From assembly GCA_027371815.1 (NCBI GenBank), contig DAHXLC010000083.1, positions 1-37,489 on the forward strand: a DNA stretch of 37,489 nucleotides. The letters run 5' to 3'. The notes beneath the pieces are model-generated. The model made no database searches, was not told the origin of the DNA, and worked only from the letters and a program-made list of their open reading frames with translations. The DNA is from Candidatus Melainabacteria bacterium (GTDB taxonomy: Bacteria > Cyanobacteriota > Vampirovibrionia > Obscuribacterales > JAKAZS01). Shown piece by piece: positions 10,021-18,304 of the stretch (position 1 is the stretch's first letter; each line of letters starts with the position of its first letter). Position numbers and translations under genes: made by a program.

Positions 10021-11436
10021 TTATTTAGATATAATAAATTCATCAATTATTTGGTCGCTAGCAGTTACCTGCTTAATTTTTAAACTGTTAGCCGTTTCTT
10101 CTACAAGCGTAAATGAATAATCATTACCTAAATATATATTGGTAAATTCTTCTTGATTATCTTTAAATACTTTAGGATTGTATAATGGTGCGCCACCACT
10201 ACCAGTAACTAAATAAATTACCCCCTTAGGCTTTGTTTGCTTTTTACCATCATATATTTTATCTAAAATAAATGATGGTTGTTTATTTGTGTTCTCTACG
10301 TTATTAGTATTGAAATTTAACGGATAAGATCTTTGGTAACAATGAGCATGTCCGGTAAAAACCAGATCAACACCGTACTTCTGGAAGATATCACTCAAAC
10401 TTCGCATATGATTTTCTTGATGATGAAAAGGATCACTAGAAAAAGCCGGCTGATGGTAACAGACAAATTTCCATTTACAAGCTTTAGCTTTTAACAAATC
10501 GGTTTCAACGAATTGTCTTAAAACGGGATCTTTCCAGTCCTGATATGGGTTAGCATCGAGAACAAGGATATGAGCATAACCCCAATCAAAAGAATAATTT
10601 GCCATAGCAGGAAATCGATCAAAGGTTGAATTTAAAATTTGTTTTTTCATTTTATTACTACAGGCCACTGACAACCATGGGTTATGTTTTAAGCTGACAC
10701 CATTTAAAGGCTCATCAAAAAAATAAAAATAACCAAGCGCATCTTTATGAATACTTAAATCCGTTTTATAATCGGCACCAGTAAGTGCCATATCATGATT
10801 ACCTAAGGCCGGAAAAAACATAATTGATCTTAATAATGGCGCACCACTAAATATAGAAGGATTGTCACAGTTGTAAACAGGAAAGAATTTTTCCAGGTAT
10901 TCATGAACCAAACCTCGGCGATAAACAATATCACCCGGCATAAGGACAAAATCAACATTACGTTTAAATAAATTATAGGCCAATTCCTTCTGCCCTGGTG
11001 ACCCATAACCAAGATCGCCAAATACCGCAAATTTTGTATTGCCCGTTGAACGTGACTTGGCCTGAGCCTGAAAAATCACGGTCTCATTCTCAACTATTTT
11101 ATAGTCAAATTCTAAATTTGGTTTAACATTCTCAAGCTTACAGAGATATTCATAAAATTCAGCCTTAGCGAAATTACCAATTTGCTTAACGGTTATTTTT
11201 TTTTGTTCTTGCCAATTTAAATTAGCTTGTTTTAAATATATCTTTAGTTTGGGATTAATAGCGTCACTAACAAAAATAAGATCATAGCTTTCTAAAGCTA
11301 AAATATTAGGGTGATTTCCTAATTGCAAATAAGGTTTAACCAGAAAGTTTAATGAAGCCAATGCCTTTACTTGAAAACTACTGGTGGAGAGAACCAGAAA
11401 AATCAAACTCAAGATTAATGACTTGGATTTAGACAT
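10021..11436 (-). CDS. Exported metallophosphoesterase (purple acid phosphatase-like)
   Basis: Signal peptide; FN3-like N-domain; GDLG, GDIVY, GNHD, YHQP and GHAH metal-ligand motifs. Confidence 0.88.
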   Translation of the reverse strand: MSKSKSLILSLIFLVLSTSSFQVKALASLNFLVKPYLQLGNHPNILALESYDLIFVSDAINPKLKIYLKQANLNWQEQKKITVKQIGNFAKAEFYEYLCKLENVKPNLEFDYKIVENETVIFQAQAKSRSTGNTKFAVFGDLGYGSPGQKELAYNLFKRNVDFVLMPGDIVYRRGLVHEYLEKFFPVYNCDNPSIFSGAPLLRSIMFFPALGNHDMALTGADYKTDLSIHKDALGYFYFFDEPLNGVSLKHNPWLSVACSNKMKKQILNSTFDRFPAMANYSFDWGYAHILVLDANPYQDWKDPVLRQFVETDLLKAKACKWKFVCYHQPAFSSDPFHHQENHMRSLSDIFQKYGVDLVFTGHAHCYQRSYPLNFNTNNVENTNKQPSFILDKIYDGKKQTKPKGVIYLVTGSGGAPLYNPKVFKDNQEEFTNIYLGNDYSFTLVEETANSLKIKQVTASDQIIDEFIISK

Positions 11437-11451
11437 AATAAATTAAAGGAA

Positions 11452-11524
11452 TGCCGAGAGCCGGGATTGAACCGGCGACACAAGGATTTTCAGTCCTCCG
11501 CTCTACCGACTGAGCTACCTCGGC
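11452..11524 (-). tRNA. tRNA-Phe(GAA), CCA not encoded
   Basis: Reverse complement GCCGAGGTAGCTCAGTCGGTAGAGCGGAGGACTGAAAATCCTTGTGTCGCCGGTTCAATCCCGGCTCTCGGCA: acceptor stem GCCGAGG/TCTCGGC, D-arm, anticodon loop CT-GAA-AA, TTCAA T-loop. Confidence 0.97.
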
Positions 11525-11644
11525 AAGATAGTACGCATTAATAAAAAATATAACATATAAATTTATTTAAAAATTACTTTTGTCAAATTTATATACAATT
11601 TCTTTATAAATTTATGCTTAAGCCTGATTTTAAATATTTTAACT

Positions 11645-12253
11645 TTAGTGGATTAATTGTCCAATAATTGGCATCGTGCGATTGTAAATTCCCGAAATCC
11701 TTAACCCTTGTTTATCTTTACGCACTAAAACATCAGCTAAGATCTGCTGAACAGTTGGACTTTTAGTGGTCTGGAACAACATATTACCTTGGAAACCCAC
11801 CACTACCGATCCATCAGGATTAATGGCCAAGGCCTTAACATCAGTGGTTTGAAACTGACCAGCATAATGTCCCTGGAGAATTCCATTAGCTAAATCGGCA
11901 GACCAAAAATTAGCATTAAACATACTATTTGCCTCGCTAGTCATCCATTTAGCGGCTTCTTGGTGATTATTTAATGCACTTGAGGCATTATAATCCATCG
12001 AACCAGTTAACCACCATTTCACAAAATCAACCGCTAGCTTTGGCTCCACTTCAAATTGCACCTTATTTGCATCATTTTCACTTTTATTGGAGTTATTTTC
12101 TGATTTACTGTTGTTGTTGTTGTTGTTGTTTTGAGAAACATCGCTATTATTGCCAAACCCCACAAAAATTGTTAATAAACCAATTAACAGTAATCCTAGA
12201 AAAATTTTATCCTGAACGATTTTAGTTAAAGTAGTTTTAAAAATCTCATTCAT
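11645..12253 (-). CDS. Single-pass membrane protein, possible VirB8/DotI(IcmL)-like NTF2-fold periplasmic domain
   Basis: One TM (IFLGLLLIGLLTIFVGF), an Asn-rich linker, then FVKWWLTGSMDYN..AAKWMTSEANSMF.. followed by beta-strands ending GLRISGI. This pattern resembles the VirB8/DotI family. SD AGAGG upstream. The family call is inference. Confidence 0.5.
   Translation of the reverse strand: MNEIFKTTLTKIVQDKIFLGLLLIGLLTIFVGFGNNSDVSQNNNNNNNSKSENNSNKSENDANKVQFEVEPKLAVDFVKWWLTGSMDYNASSALNNHQEAAKWMTSEANSMFNANFWSADLANGILQGHYAGQFQTTDVKALAINPDGSVVVGFQGNMLFQTTKSPTVQQILADVLVRKDKQGLRISGIYNRTMPIIGQLIH
12110..12130. repeat. (GTT)7 trinucleotide microsatellite, encoding poly-Asn on the minus strand
   Basis: Seven perfect GTT units, 12110-12130. 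Confidence 0.9.
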
Positions 12254-12398
12254 AAATGCGCCTCTAGATAAAATTTAAATTATCTTATTTCAGATATTAT
12301 TTATATTTTGTAACAAATAAAAAAAAATGCAAGTATTACAATAGTAATGTTCCCATCAAAAAAGATTAATTTTTTTATTTTTAGCTTACAATTAACCT

Positions 12399-12686
12399 AT
12401 GGATCAAAATAATAATAAGCACAATAATGCTGAAAAAGCAATAAATGATATTACATTTGGCGCTTATACAATTAAATTGCCCAATGATCAAATGTCAGCC
12501 TTACAGTCAATTTGGCTAGAATTAAAGAAATCTTATGGAACGCATTCTCCAGACAAAAGTGCCATGATCCAACAAGCAATTTCAATATGGTTACAACGCT
12601 GGGAATCAGATGATCGTTCACAATTACTTGAAGACTTACTTTTAATGAAGGCTGATAGTAAAAAACGACAATACCGCCGGTATTAA
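12399..12686 (+). CDS. Small protein, possible ribbon-helix-helix DNA-binding protein
   Basis: Alternating strand YTIKL, then helix NDQMSALQSIWLELKK, then helix KSAMIQQAISIWL; basic C-terminus. Divergent from the 11645-12253 gene. Confidence 0.5.
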   Translation: MDQNNNKHNNAEKAINDITFGAYTIKLPNDQMSALQSIWLELKKSYGTHSPDKSAMIQQAISIWLQRWESDDRSQLLEDLLLMKADSKKRQYRRY

Positions 12687-12754
12687 CCATAAAACTGACT
12701 AAAATTGCTAATCTCATTAATTAAATTAAGTAAGCCAAAAAAAATTAAGCTTAC

Positions 12755-13369
12755 TTAATTTTCCGGCTTTAAATGATGATATAAATACCAAGAGCCTAAA
12801 ATAACGCAGGTCAAAACAATGGCTATATCAAATTTATGCCATATAGAAACAAAGGCTTCAAGATTTTCACCAAATTTTATGCCAATATAAGTCAAACAAT
12901 AACACCAAAGCAATGAGCCAACAAAGGTCAAAAGACAAAACATCCCAAAATGAGCTTTTAAAACTCCGGCCGGAAAAGAAATAAAAGTTCTTACAACTGG
13001 TAGCATTCGACAAATAAAAAAAGTCACATCACCAAACTTATCTACCCAAATTTCGGCCAATTTAAGATCTTTTTCCTTGATTAATAAATATTTACCATAT
13101 TTTAATAAAAAAGGTCTTCCACCGTAAAGACCTAAAAGATAGGATGGAATAGAGCCGATTAAACAGCCAAAGGCTCCAGCCAAAGCCGATAAATGAAAAT
13201 TCAATTTGCCTTGCTGAACTAAAAATCCTGCTGTGGGCATAATGGCCTCACTAGGTAAAGGAATATTAGCAGATTCAATTGCCATCATAACAATTACGCC
13301 AAAATAGCCAAAACTTAACACTAATTCTTTAATTGCTAGTAAAATAGGATCTAAAAATTGATGTAGCAA
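12755..13369 (-). CDS. dedA: DedA family membrane protein
   Basis: ESANIPLPSEAIMPTAGF, GLYGGRPFL..YGKYL, FICRMLPVVRTFISFPAG. Start moved to TTG 13369, which is preceded by SD AGAGGAG. Confidence 0.9.
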   Translation of the reverse strand: MLHQFLDPILLAIKELVLSFGYFGVIVMMAIESANIPLPSEAIMPTAGFLVQQGKLNFHLSALAGAFGCLIGSIPSYLLGLYGGRPFLLKYGKYLLIKEKDLKLAEIWVDKFGDVTFFICRMLPVVRTFISFPAGVLKAHFGMFCLLTFVGSLLWCYCLTYIGIKFGENLEAFVSIWHKFDIAIVLTCVILGSWYLYHHLKPEN

Positions 13370-13370
13370 A

Positions 13371-15335
13371 ATGAAAACTCCTCTCAAAACCAATAAAATC
13401 TCAATTGACAAATTATATTTTACCGTAGTTACAGCAGGACATGTTGATCATGGTAAAACTTCATTAATTGAAAGCTTAACCAATACTAATCCAGATAGAT
13501 TAATTGAAGAACAGTTAAGGTCTATGACTATTGATCTCGGTTATGCACATTATTCAACTAAAGTAACCTATAAAAATTTTGTAAAAGACTTAATTATTGG
13601 CTTTGTTGATGTGCCCGGTCATGATCGATTCTTGCGCAATATGCTTTGTGGCGTTAGCTGTCAGAATACCGCATTATTAGTCGTAGCAGCCAATGAATCA
13701 ATTAAGCCACAAACCATTCAACATGTCAAAATCTTAAACTTACTAGGCTATAAAAATATCCTCACGGTAATTACTAAAGCTGATTTAGTCGATTCACAAA
13801 CTATTGCTAAAGTAAAATTAGCTACTGAAAATTTACTTAAGGAGAATAACTTAAATTCAAATAATATCATTGTTTTTTCAATCTATGACTTAACGACCGT
13901 CAATAATCTTAAAACAGCCCTAGAAACATATGCACAAGAACTTCTGGACAATTTGTTTATGAGCCCTGAATTTAATGCACCAACAGCCTATATGCCAATA
14001 GATCGGATTTTCAATAAAGTTGGGCTGGGAACTATAATTACGGGTAGTTTAATACAAGGTTTTATTGACTACACCCAAACAATTTATATTGAACCTGGCA
14101 ATCTGATTGCCAAAATCAAATCATTACAAAGCTTTAATGAAAACGTCTCGTATGGGTATACTGGTGCCCGATTAGCACTTAACCTCAACCTTAAACAAGG
14201 TAAGGAAAAAGATATTAAACGTGGATCAGTGCTATCAAATCAAAAGCTAGAATCTACGGACAGTTTAATTATTTATCTGACCACACCGCCAAATAGCAAG
14301 TACGAGAAATTAAAAGCCATTTCGGATCTAACTCTTTACCATAACTGTGCTGAACGCCAGGGTAAATGTTTTAAATATAAAACGACTGACAAGCTAATTA
14401 CCAAAATCAAGTTAAACGAAAACATCGTAGCTTTTCCTGGTGATCGCTGTATCGTTAAATTTAAAAATGACGATATCTATGGTGGTATCATAATTTCCAC
14501 TAGTGATTTTATTGATTTTAAATTAATTAGTATGCAAAAACTAGTCAGTCTAATTATGAAAAATGACTATCAAGGATCTGTTTTATTAATTCTTGAACAA
14601 GTGTTATTTATGCCCAAAAGTAATCTAGCTTTTTTTATACCAGCTAATCTCCTAAACGATACCTTAAATAATTTAAATACTGACGATCAACTTAAAATTA
14701 TTGATGATGTAATATTTTTAACTTCTGAATATGAAAATATACTTAAGAAATTAATAAAATTTATTGAGTATAATACAAACCAATCTACAGTCAACAAGGC
14801 TTCTATTGCTAATTATCTTGACAATAATGTCTTTAAAGACATTATTGTCAACACCCAAAATTTAGTAAATAGTTTTATAAATGACTTAATTGCTAAAAAT
14901 TTAATTGAAATCTTTTATGACAACATTAGATTAAAATTTAGCAATAAAGATTTGAGTCTTTCTGATTTAGCTAAACAAATTCTTAAAATATTACATCAAT
15001 TTAAATGCATTGAAATTAAATTTATCGCCAAGGAATTAAATATTGAAAGTCCGCTAATTAAACGGATCCTTAAAGATATGGAAACCGCAGGACATCTATT
15101 CATTATTGATTATGATTACGTTTGCCTAAGTTCAGTAATAGCTAGCGCCCAAACAGTGCTCCTTATGCTTTGGGATAAAAATAAAAACATTACCCCTAAA
15201 GATTTTAAAGAATCGCTAAATGTTACCCGCAAATATGCTCTAGCTTTATTACGATTTTTTGATGACCGCCAAATTACGAGACTGGATGATAAAGGTCGAA
15301 AATTAGTACCAAACCGATTTATTAATTTTACCTAA
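13371..15335 (+). CDS. selB: Selenocysteine-specific translation elongation factor SelB
   Basis: TAGHVDHGKT, RSMTIDLGYA, DVPGH, TKAD, PIDRIF..G.GTIITG, GARLALNL; C-terminal winged-helix motif TRKYALALLRFFD..ITR. Confidence 0.88.
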   Translation: MKTPLKTNKISIDKLYFTVVTAGHVDHGKTSLIESLTNTNPDRLIEEQLRSMTIDLGYAHYSTKVTYKNFVKDLIIGFVDVPGHDRFLRNMLCGVSCQNTALLVVAANESIKPQTIQHVKILNLLGYKNILTVITKADLVDSQTIAKVKLATENLLKENNLNSNNIIVFSIYDLTTVNNLKTALETYAQELLDNLFMSPEFNAPTAYMPIDRIFNKVGLGTIITGSLIQGFIDYTQTIYIEPGNLIAKIKSLQSFNENVSYGYTGARLALNLNLKQGKEKDIKRGSVLSNQKLESTDSLIIYLTTPPNSKYEKLKAISDLTLYHNCAERQGKCFKYKTTDKLITKIKLNENIVAFPGDRCIVKFKNDDIYGGIIISTSDFIDFKLISMQKLVSLIMKNDYQGSVLLILEQVLFMPKSNLAFFIPANLLNDTLNNLNTDDQLKIIDDVIFLTSEYENILKKLIKFIEYNTNQSTVNKASIANYLDNNVFKDIIVNTQNLVNSFINDLIAKNLIEIFYDNIRLKFSNKDLSLSDLAKQILKILHQFKCIEIKFIAKELNIESPLIKRILKDMETAGHLFIIDYDYVCLSSVIASAQTVLLMLWDKNKNITPKDFKESLNVTRKYALALLRFFDDRQITRLDDKGRKLVPNRFINFT

Positions 15336-15342
15336 TCATAAT

Positions 15343-16752
15343 CTATAGATTTACTATTTCAACTTCGCTTTCAGATTCAGCATTAGAGAAATAATATTTT
15401 ATATTAGTCATAAGATCAATTTGTATCCATTTAAATAACGTATGACGACCTTGATTTTTATGAAGACAATCTAAAACAAATTTATTTCCATAAAGCGGAT
15501 TACCTTCCAGAAAAGACACGTGACCAACATTTTTAAATACCCGCGCAATGCGAACATCAATATAAGGATTCAATTTAAGTAAAGCTTTTTCATTAATTAA
15601 TGGACAATTTTTCAAACCATCATTAGAAATATAGATAGCTGAACTAACCGGAGTAATTCCATCATTTAAAGCATAAGACTGTTTAATTCCATTAATATAA
15701 CTTGCTTGATTATTAACCTTCACATTGGCCATTTCTGAATTTAAATATTTTAAGGCAGAATTAGTATTACCAAATAACAAGGGAATTCGCACCATTAAGA
15801 TATGATAAGGCCAAGTTATAATATTTTCAATTTTTCTTAAGCCTTTGTCTCTTAAATAAGAATTAGAAATATAGCCAGCATAGGTAATAAATTTATCCTT
15901 ACATACTAATGATTCTATATTTATGGCTTTTAGTGTTTGATTGGCTTCACTAACTACACGTAAATCACCTCTTGGACCTAGTGGCACTTTAGCTTTAAAC
16001 TTGCCAACATCAGGAATCAAACTATCCATATTATCCCACTTAAGATCCTGAAGATAATTGGGATGATCCTTAAAATAAATTTTATAGCCAATGGCATTTA
16101 AAGTTTTAGCTGGTGGACAAAGTGGCGTATCATTTAAAGAATACTGGAACCAGTCACTGGAAAATAATGGCGAACCATGAAAAGGACTGCCCATGCTTAA
16201 GACCACATCAACTAACGCTGCCACTATTGAGTCCGTTAAAGCTGCCTGAATTAAATTACCACCCATCGACAAACACATTACGGCAATAGTTTTATTCCCA
16301 AACCGGCGATACACCCTTCGCAATGACTGCTGTAAACGTGGTGTCAAATCACGTATTCGAGCTTTGCTGTTATAACGATATAAATATATTTTATAATGAC
16401 GATTAAAATCAGCATTGGTATGCTTAATAAACTTATCCCAGCGAAAGGCATATTTACCCTCTCCTGAGCCACCATGAATTAGTAAAAGCGGATTACGATT
16501 GCCAATGGGTGTATTATCCCATTGATAAACTTGACCTAAATTGGCCACTTGTCTATAGAACTTTTTGTCTTTCGCTTTAGGCAATAACGGATAATTATAA
16601 TAGGCAAGATTATTTTGACTTGATCTAATTTTATGTACCTTTATATCAAATAAAGCATAAGCATTAGTTTGACTAAAAGTAAAAATTAATAAAGTAATAA
16701 TTTTAGTCAGTTTAAGCAAAATAACTTTTGTTTTAAAACAACTAATCTTCAC
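15343..16752 (-). CDS. Exported alpha/beta hydrolase (lipase/esterase-like)
   Basis: Signal peptide; LLLIHGG oxyanion motif, CLSMGG nucleophile elbow, GSPFHGS, NDGITP, GHVSF. Overlaps the icd stop. Confidence 0.75.
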   Translation of the reverse strand: MKISCFKTKVILLKLTKIITLLIFTFSQTNAYALFDIKVHKIRSSQNNLAYYNYPLLPKAKDKKFYRQVANLGQVYQWDNTPIGNRNPLLLIHGGSGEGKYAFRWDKFIKHTNADFNRHYKIYLYRYNSKARIRDLTPRLQQSLRRVYRRFGNKTIAVMCLSMGGNLIQAALTDSIVAALVDVVLSMGSPFHGSPLFSSDWFQYSLNDTPLCPPAKTLNAIGYKIYFKDHPNYLQDLKWDNMDSLIPDVGKFKAKVPLGPRGDLRVVSEANQTLKAINIESLVCKDKFITYAGYISNSYLRDKGLRKIENIITWPYHILMVRIPLLFGNTNSALKYLNSEMANVKVNNQASYINGIKQSYALNDGITPVSSAIYISNDGLKNCPLINEKALLKLNPYIDVRIARVFKNVGHVSFLEGNPLYGNKFVLDCLHKNQGRHTLFKWIQIDLMTNIKYYFSNAESESEVEIVNL

Positions 16753-18193
16753 CCTGAGCCTTGGTAAAACTTAAGTCATTGCCAAATTTTTGTAATTTTT
16801 CAACATGCACCCATTTATGCTTAGCTGAAATACTCGTTAATAAATTAGTCAGTCTATGTTCATAGTCGTTTTCATTATCAACAAAAAAGCGACAGAACCA
16901 TAAATCAACGCAGTCAGTAATAGCACCAGAACTTGGATAAACCTTGGTACCACGATTAGAAATAACTTTTAATTTAAAATTACTTCCTTTGGATATTTCT
17001 TCAATACTTTTACCAAGTTCATTAGCACCCAATCCTGATTCAACTAGAACATCAACCCCAACATAAGAGCGATCTTTTAATGTTACACTAATCGGGTTAG
17101 CGTCAACCACAGGCATTTTTAAAGGTTTATAATCTCTTACTTTCCAAGAACTAGCTTGTTTACCAAAGTTTTTAATTATTTCCTGAGTAAAGGCTGTTGT
17201 ACTAGCCGCTCCATTATCACCAACAATGTCACGGGGTAAAACTTTGCCGTCTTCCAAAGTAAAGAGAATGGCATTTTCAATTAGTGACGCTTGCGTAAAC
17301 ATATGTAAATGCCTTAACATCATAACCCCTGAATTAACTACCGCCAGAGGATTAATAACATTTTTACCAGCATATTTAGGAGCCGATCCATGCACAGCTT
17401 CAAAAATAGCCACTTCATTACCAAGATTAGCTGATGGCGCAAAGCCAAGACCGCCAATTAAAGCTGAGCCTAAATCAGAAATAATGTCACCATTCATATT
17501 CGTAGTTACAATTACATCAAATTGTTCCGGTTTCTTGACCATTTGGTGAGCACAATTATCAATAATAATATGGTGACTTTCAATATCAGGATATTCTTTG
17601 GCAATTTCTTCAAAAGTACGTTTTAACATACCTTCAGTAAATTTCATGATATTTGATTTTGTAGCACAATGAACGGTTTTACGTCCCTCGCTGCGGGCGA
17701 ATTCAAAACCTAAACGCACAATTTTTTCACAGCCTTTGTGAGATATGAGTTTTAGACATTGGGCTACTCCTGGAGTTTCCATATGTTCAATACCGGCATA
17801 TAAATCCTCAACATTTTCTCTTACGATAACCAAGTCAATATTTCGGCCACTATAAGGAGTTTTGACACCGGGCAATTCACGAACGGGTCGGATATTACCA
17901 TAGGTTTCAAACAGCTTGCGTAAAGTTACGTTGGCACTTTTTTCACCAAAGCCTACTGGAGTTTCTAAAGGCCCTTTTAAAACTACCCGAGTCTTGTGGA
18001 TAGAATCAATGGTTTCCTGAGGAACGCCTGAAGGTAACCCACTTTTAAAAACATTTAACCCAGCTTCAACCACTTCCCATTCGATCGCAGCTCCAGAAGC
18101 TTCGATAATTTCCTTGGCGCTGTTTGTACATTCTGGTCCAATACCATCACCAGGGATTAGCGTAACTAATTGCTTTTTTGCATCACTTGACAT
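16742..18193 (-). CDS. icd: NADP-dependent isocitrate dehydrogenase (long C-terminal type)
   Basis: TLIPGDGIGPE, LKGPLETP, SANVTLRK, RENVEDLYAGIE, NMNGDIISD, FEAVHGSAP; ends FTKAQGED. SD AGGAG upstream. Confidence 0.95.
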   Translation of the reverse strand: MSSDAKKQLVTLIPGDGIGPECTNSAKEIIEASGAAIEWEVVEAGLNVFKSGLPSGVPQETIDSIHKTRVVLKGPLETPVGFGEKSANVTLRKLFETYGNIRPVRELPGVKTPYSGRNIDLVIVRENVEDLYAGIEHMETPGVAQCLKLISHKGCEKIVRLGFEFARSEGRKTVHCATKSNIMKFTEGMLKRTFEEIAKEYPDIESHHIIIDNCAHQMVKKPEQFDVIVTTNMNGDIISDLGSALIGGLGFAPSANLGNEVAIFEAVHGSAPKYAGKNVINPLAVVNSGVMMLRHLHMFTQASLIENAILFTLEDGKVLPRDIVGDNGAASTTAFTQEIIKNFGKQASSWKVRDYKPLKMPVVDANPISVTLKDRSYVGVDVLVESGLGANELGKSIEEISKGSNFKLKVISNRGTKVYPSSGAITDCVDLWFCRFFVDNENDYEHRLTNLLTSISAKHKWVHVEKLQKFGNDLSFTKAQGED

Positions 18194-18304
18194 GGCGTGT
18201 CTCCTAAAATAAATAACTTTATCGGCAAAACTTCTATATTATTAAATACTCACGATGTAATAATAGAATGTTAGAGTTTTAATTTAAATCATTTTGTAAA
18301 GAAT

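Noticed and set aside
11452-12686. Integrative element at tRNA-Phe
   Set aside because: No integrase and no duplicated tRNA 3' end seen; the gene downstream of the tRNA is an ordinary phosphatase.
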